Origin: Lytechinus pictus | Lineage: Eukaryota | Direction of reading: 5' to 3' | Length of the DNA stretch: 64,000 nt | Assembly: GCF_037042905.1 (NCBI RefSeq) | Contig: NC_087245.1 | Location: 31,312,001-31,376,000, forward strand | Shown here: positions 63,093 through 64,000 of the stretch, piece by piece | Position numbering within the stretch: position 1 is the first letter of the stretch | Layout: the number at the start of each line of letters is the position of its first letter | Program-made: the position numbers and the translations under genes | Notes under the pieces: generated by a model | Told to the model about the DNA's origin: nothing | The model's input: the letters and a program-made list of their open reading frames with translations, nothing else | The model's database searches: none

Positions 63093-63478
63093 GTAATATA
63101 ACTCCAAGAGGTTTTCATGATAATTCCTTCATCAAAGTTTATAGTCGTACTTACCTATTCCACAACACACACACACATACATGCACACACCCTTACCCAC
63201 TCACCTACGCCACACACACATGCCCACATAAAAGACGATCATATTTTCTTATATGATAATGAGTAGGAGTTTATTTTTCATGTTTCCATATAGTGACCCT
63301 CCGGAAATTATATATTTCTGTGCTCTAGTTCATATGAAAATTTGTAATACTTTAAATGGTCTTCACTTGGACAATTGACGAAGTGAAATAACAATGAAGA
63401 AAGTGGTGGTCAGACCTGCAAAAATGTTGATGGAGTTACCCTACAATTAATACAATATATTGTATTGAGTATGCTATA

Positions 63479-64000
63479 CAGTGCGTCCCACAAAAACGAA
63501 ACCGAGATTTATCGATGATTTATCATAACTTAATCACAAATACAATAGACAAGTGACCTACCATTTTAAAGCTTAGAATCTCTTCTTTCATCTGAAATTA
63601 CTTATATTATTTCTTATTCACGCATAAGTGAGCACAATTTGAAGAAAGGATACCAAAAACTCATTTGGCGGGGGTATCTGAATTTCAAAAAGAAAATCAC
63701 ATGCCTAAAAAGTTAAATATCTGCTCTTTTATTTTATACCTTAATCACAGAAAATGGTCAAGAAAAAAAAAGATCTGTTCCCTCGAAACAATGCTTGTAT
63801 TTCCATAATTTCATTAAATAAACGTGTTTTCACCGGTTTCTCACAGAAGCTATCGCACGGTTAACAAAAGACTGAATGCATGGCTGATCGTCAACAAAAC
63901 AGAGTGTCGAGTGAGTCTGGACGCTAGCCTGTAAAACCTCTTCATTAATATGAAATTATTGAAATTCAAGCCTTATTTCAAATAACCAGAACTTTGTTAT
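63479..64000. mobile_element. Left end of a Tc1/mariner-like element
   Basis: TA|CAGTGCGTCCCACAAAAACGAAACC. Confidence 0.5.

Noticed and set aside
1..64000. Telomeric (TTAGGG)n tract or telomerase RNA near the TRF gene
   Set aside because: No tandem telomeric array or convincing template/H-ACA structure seen by eye; an Infernal search would be needed to exclude a telomerase RNA formally.

Overview
AT-rich, intron-rich eukaryotic DNA. The repeat landscape suggests a marine invertebrate, probably a sea urchin (inference). I assembled two multi-exon + strand genes by hand from GT-AG junctions with consistent phases. (1) A complete telomere repeat-binding factor (TRF/TERF-like): 9 coding exons from 1092 to 21487, about 427 aa, with an N-terminal TRFH domain, a Ser/basic linker and a C-terminal telobox Myb domain. 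(2) The 5' part of a protein with an N-terminal hydrophobic anchor, a Thr-rich stalk, an atypical CUB domain and at least 9 LDLa repeats: 17 exons from 30751 to 63092, open at the window end. It resembles sea-urchin fertilization-envelope proteins (SFE1/proteoliaisin) or type II transmembrane serine proteases. Introns and intergenic DNA are packed with MITEs, tRNA-derived SINEs, LINE fragments, Helentron-like elements, a ~785-bp palindrome and minisatellites. The most unusual observations are a ~72-bp tandem array in the TRF 3' UTR copied from the telobox C-terminal codons, other local duplications at TRF exon edges, and three hairpin-plus-offset-IR elements with a covarying apical stem. I found no CRISPR array, rRNA or intact tRNA. 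Most ORFs in the supplied track are spurious.
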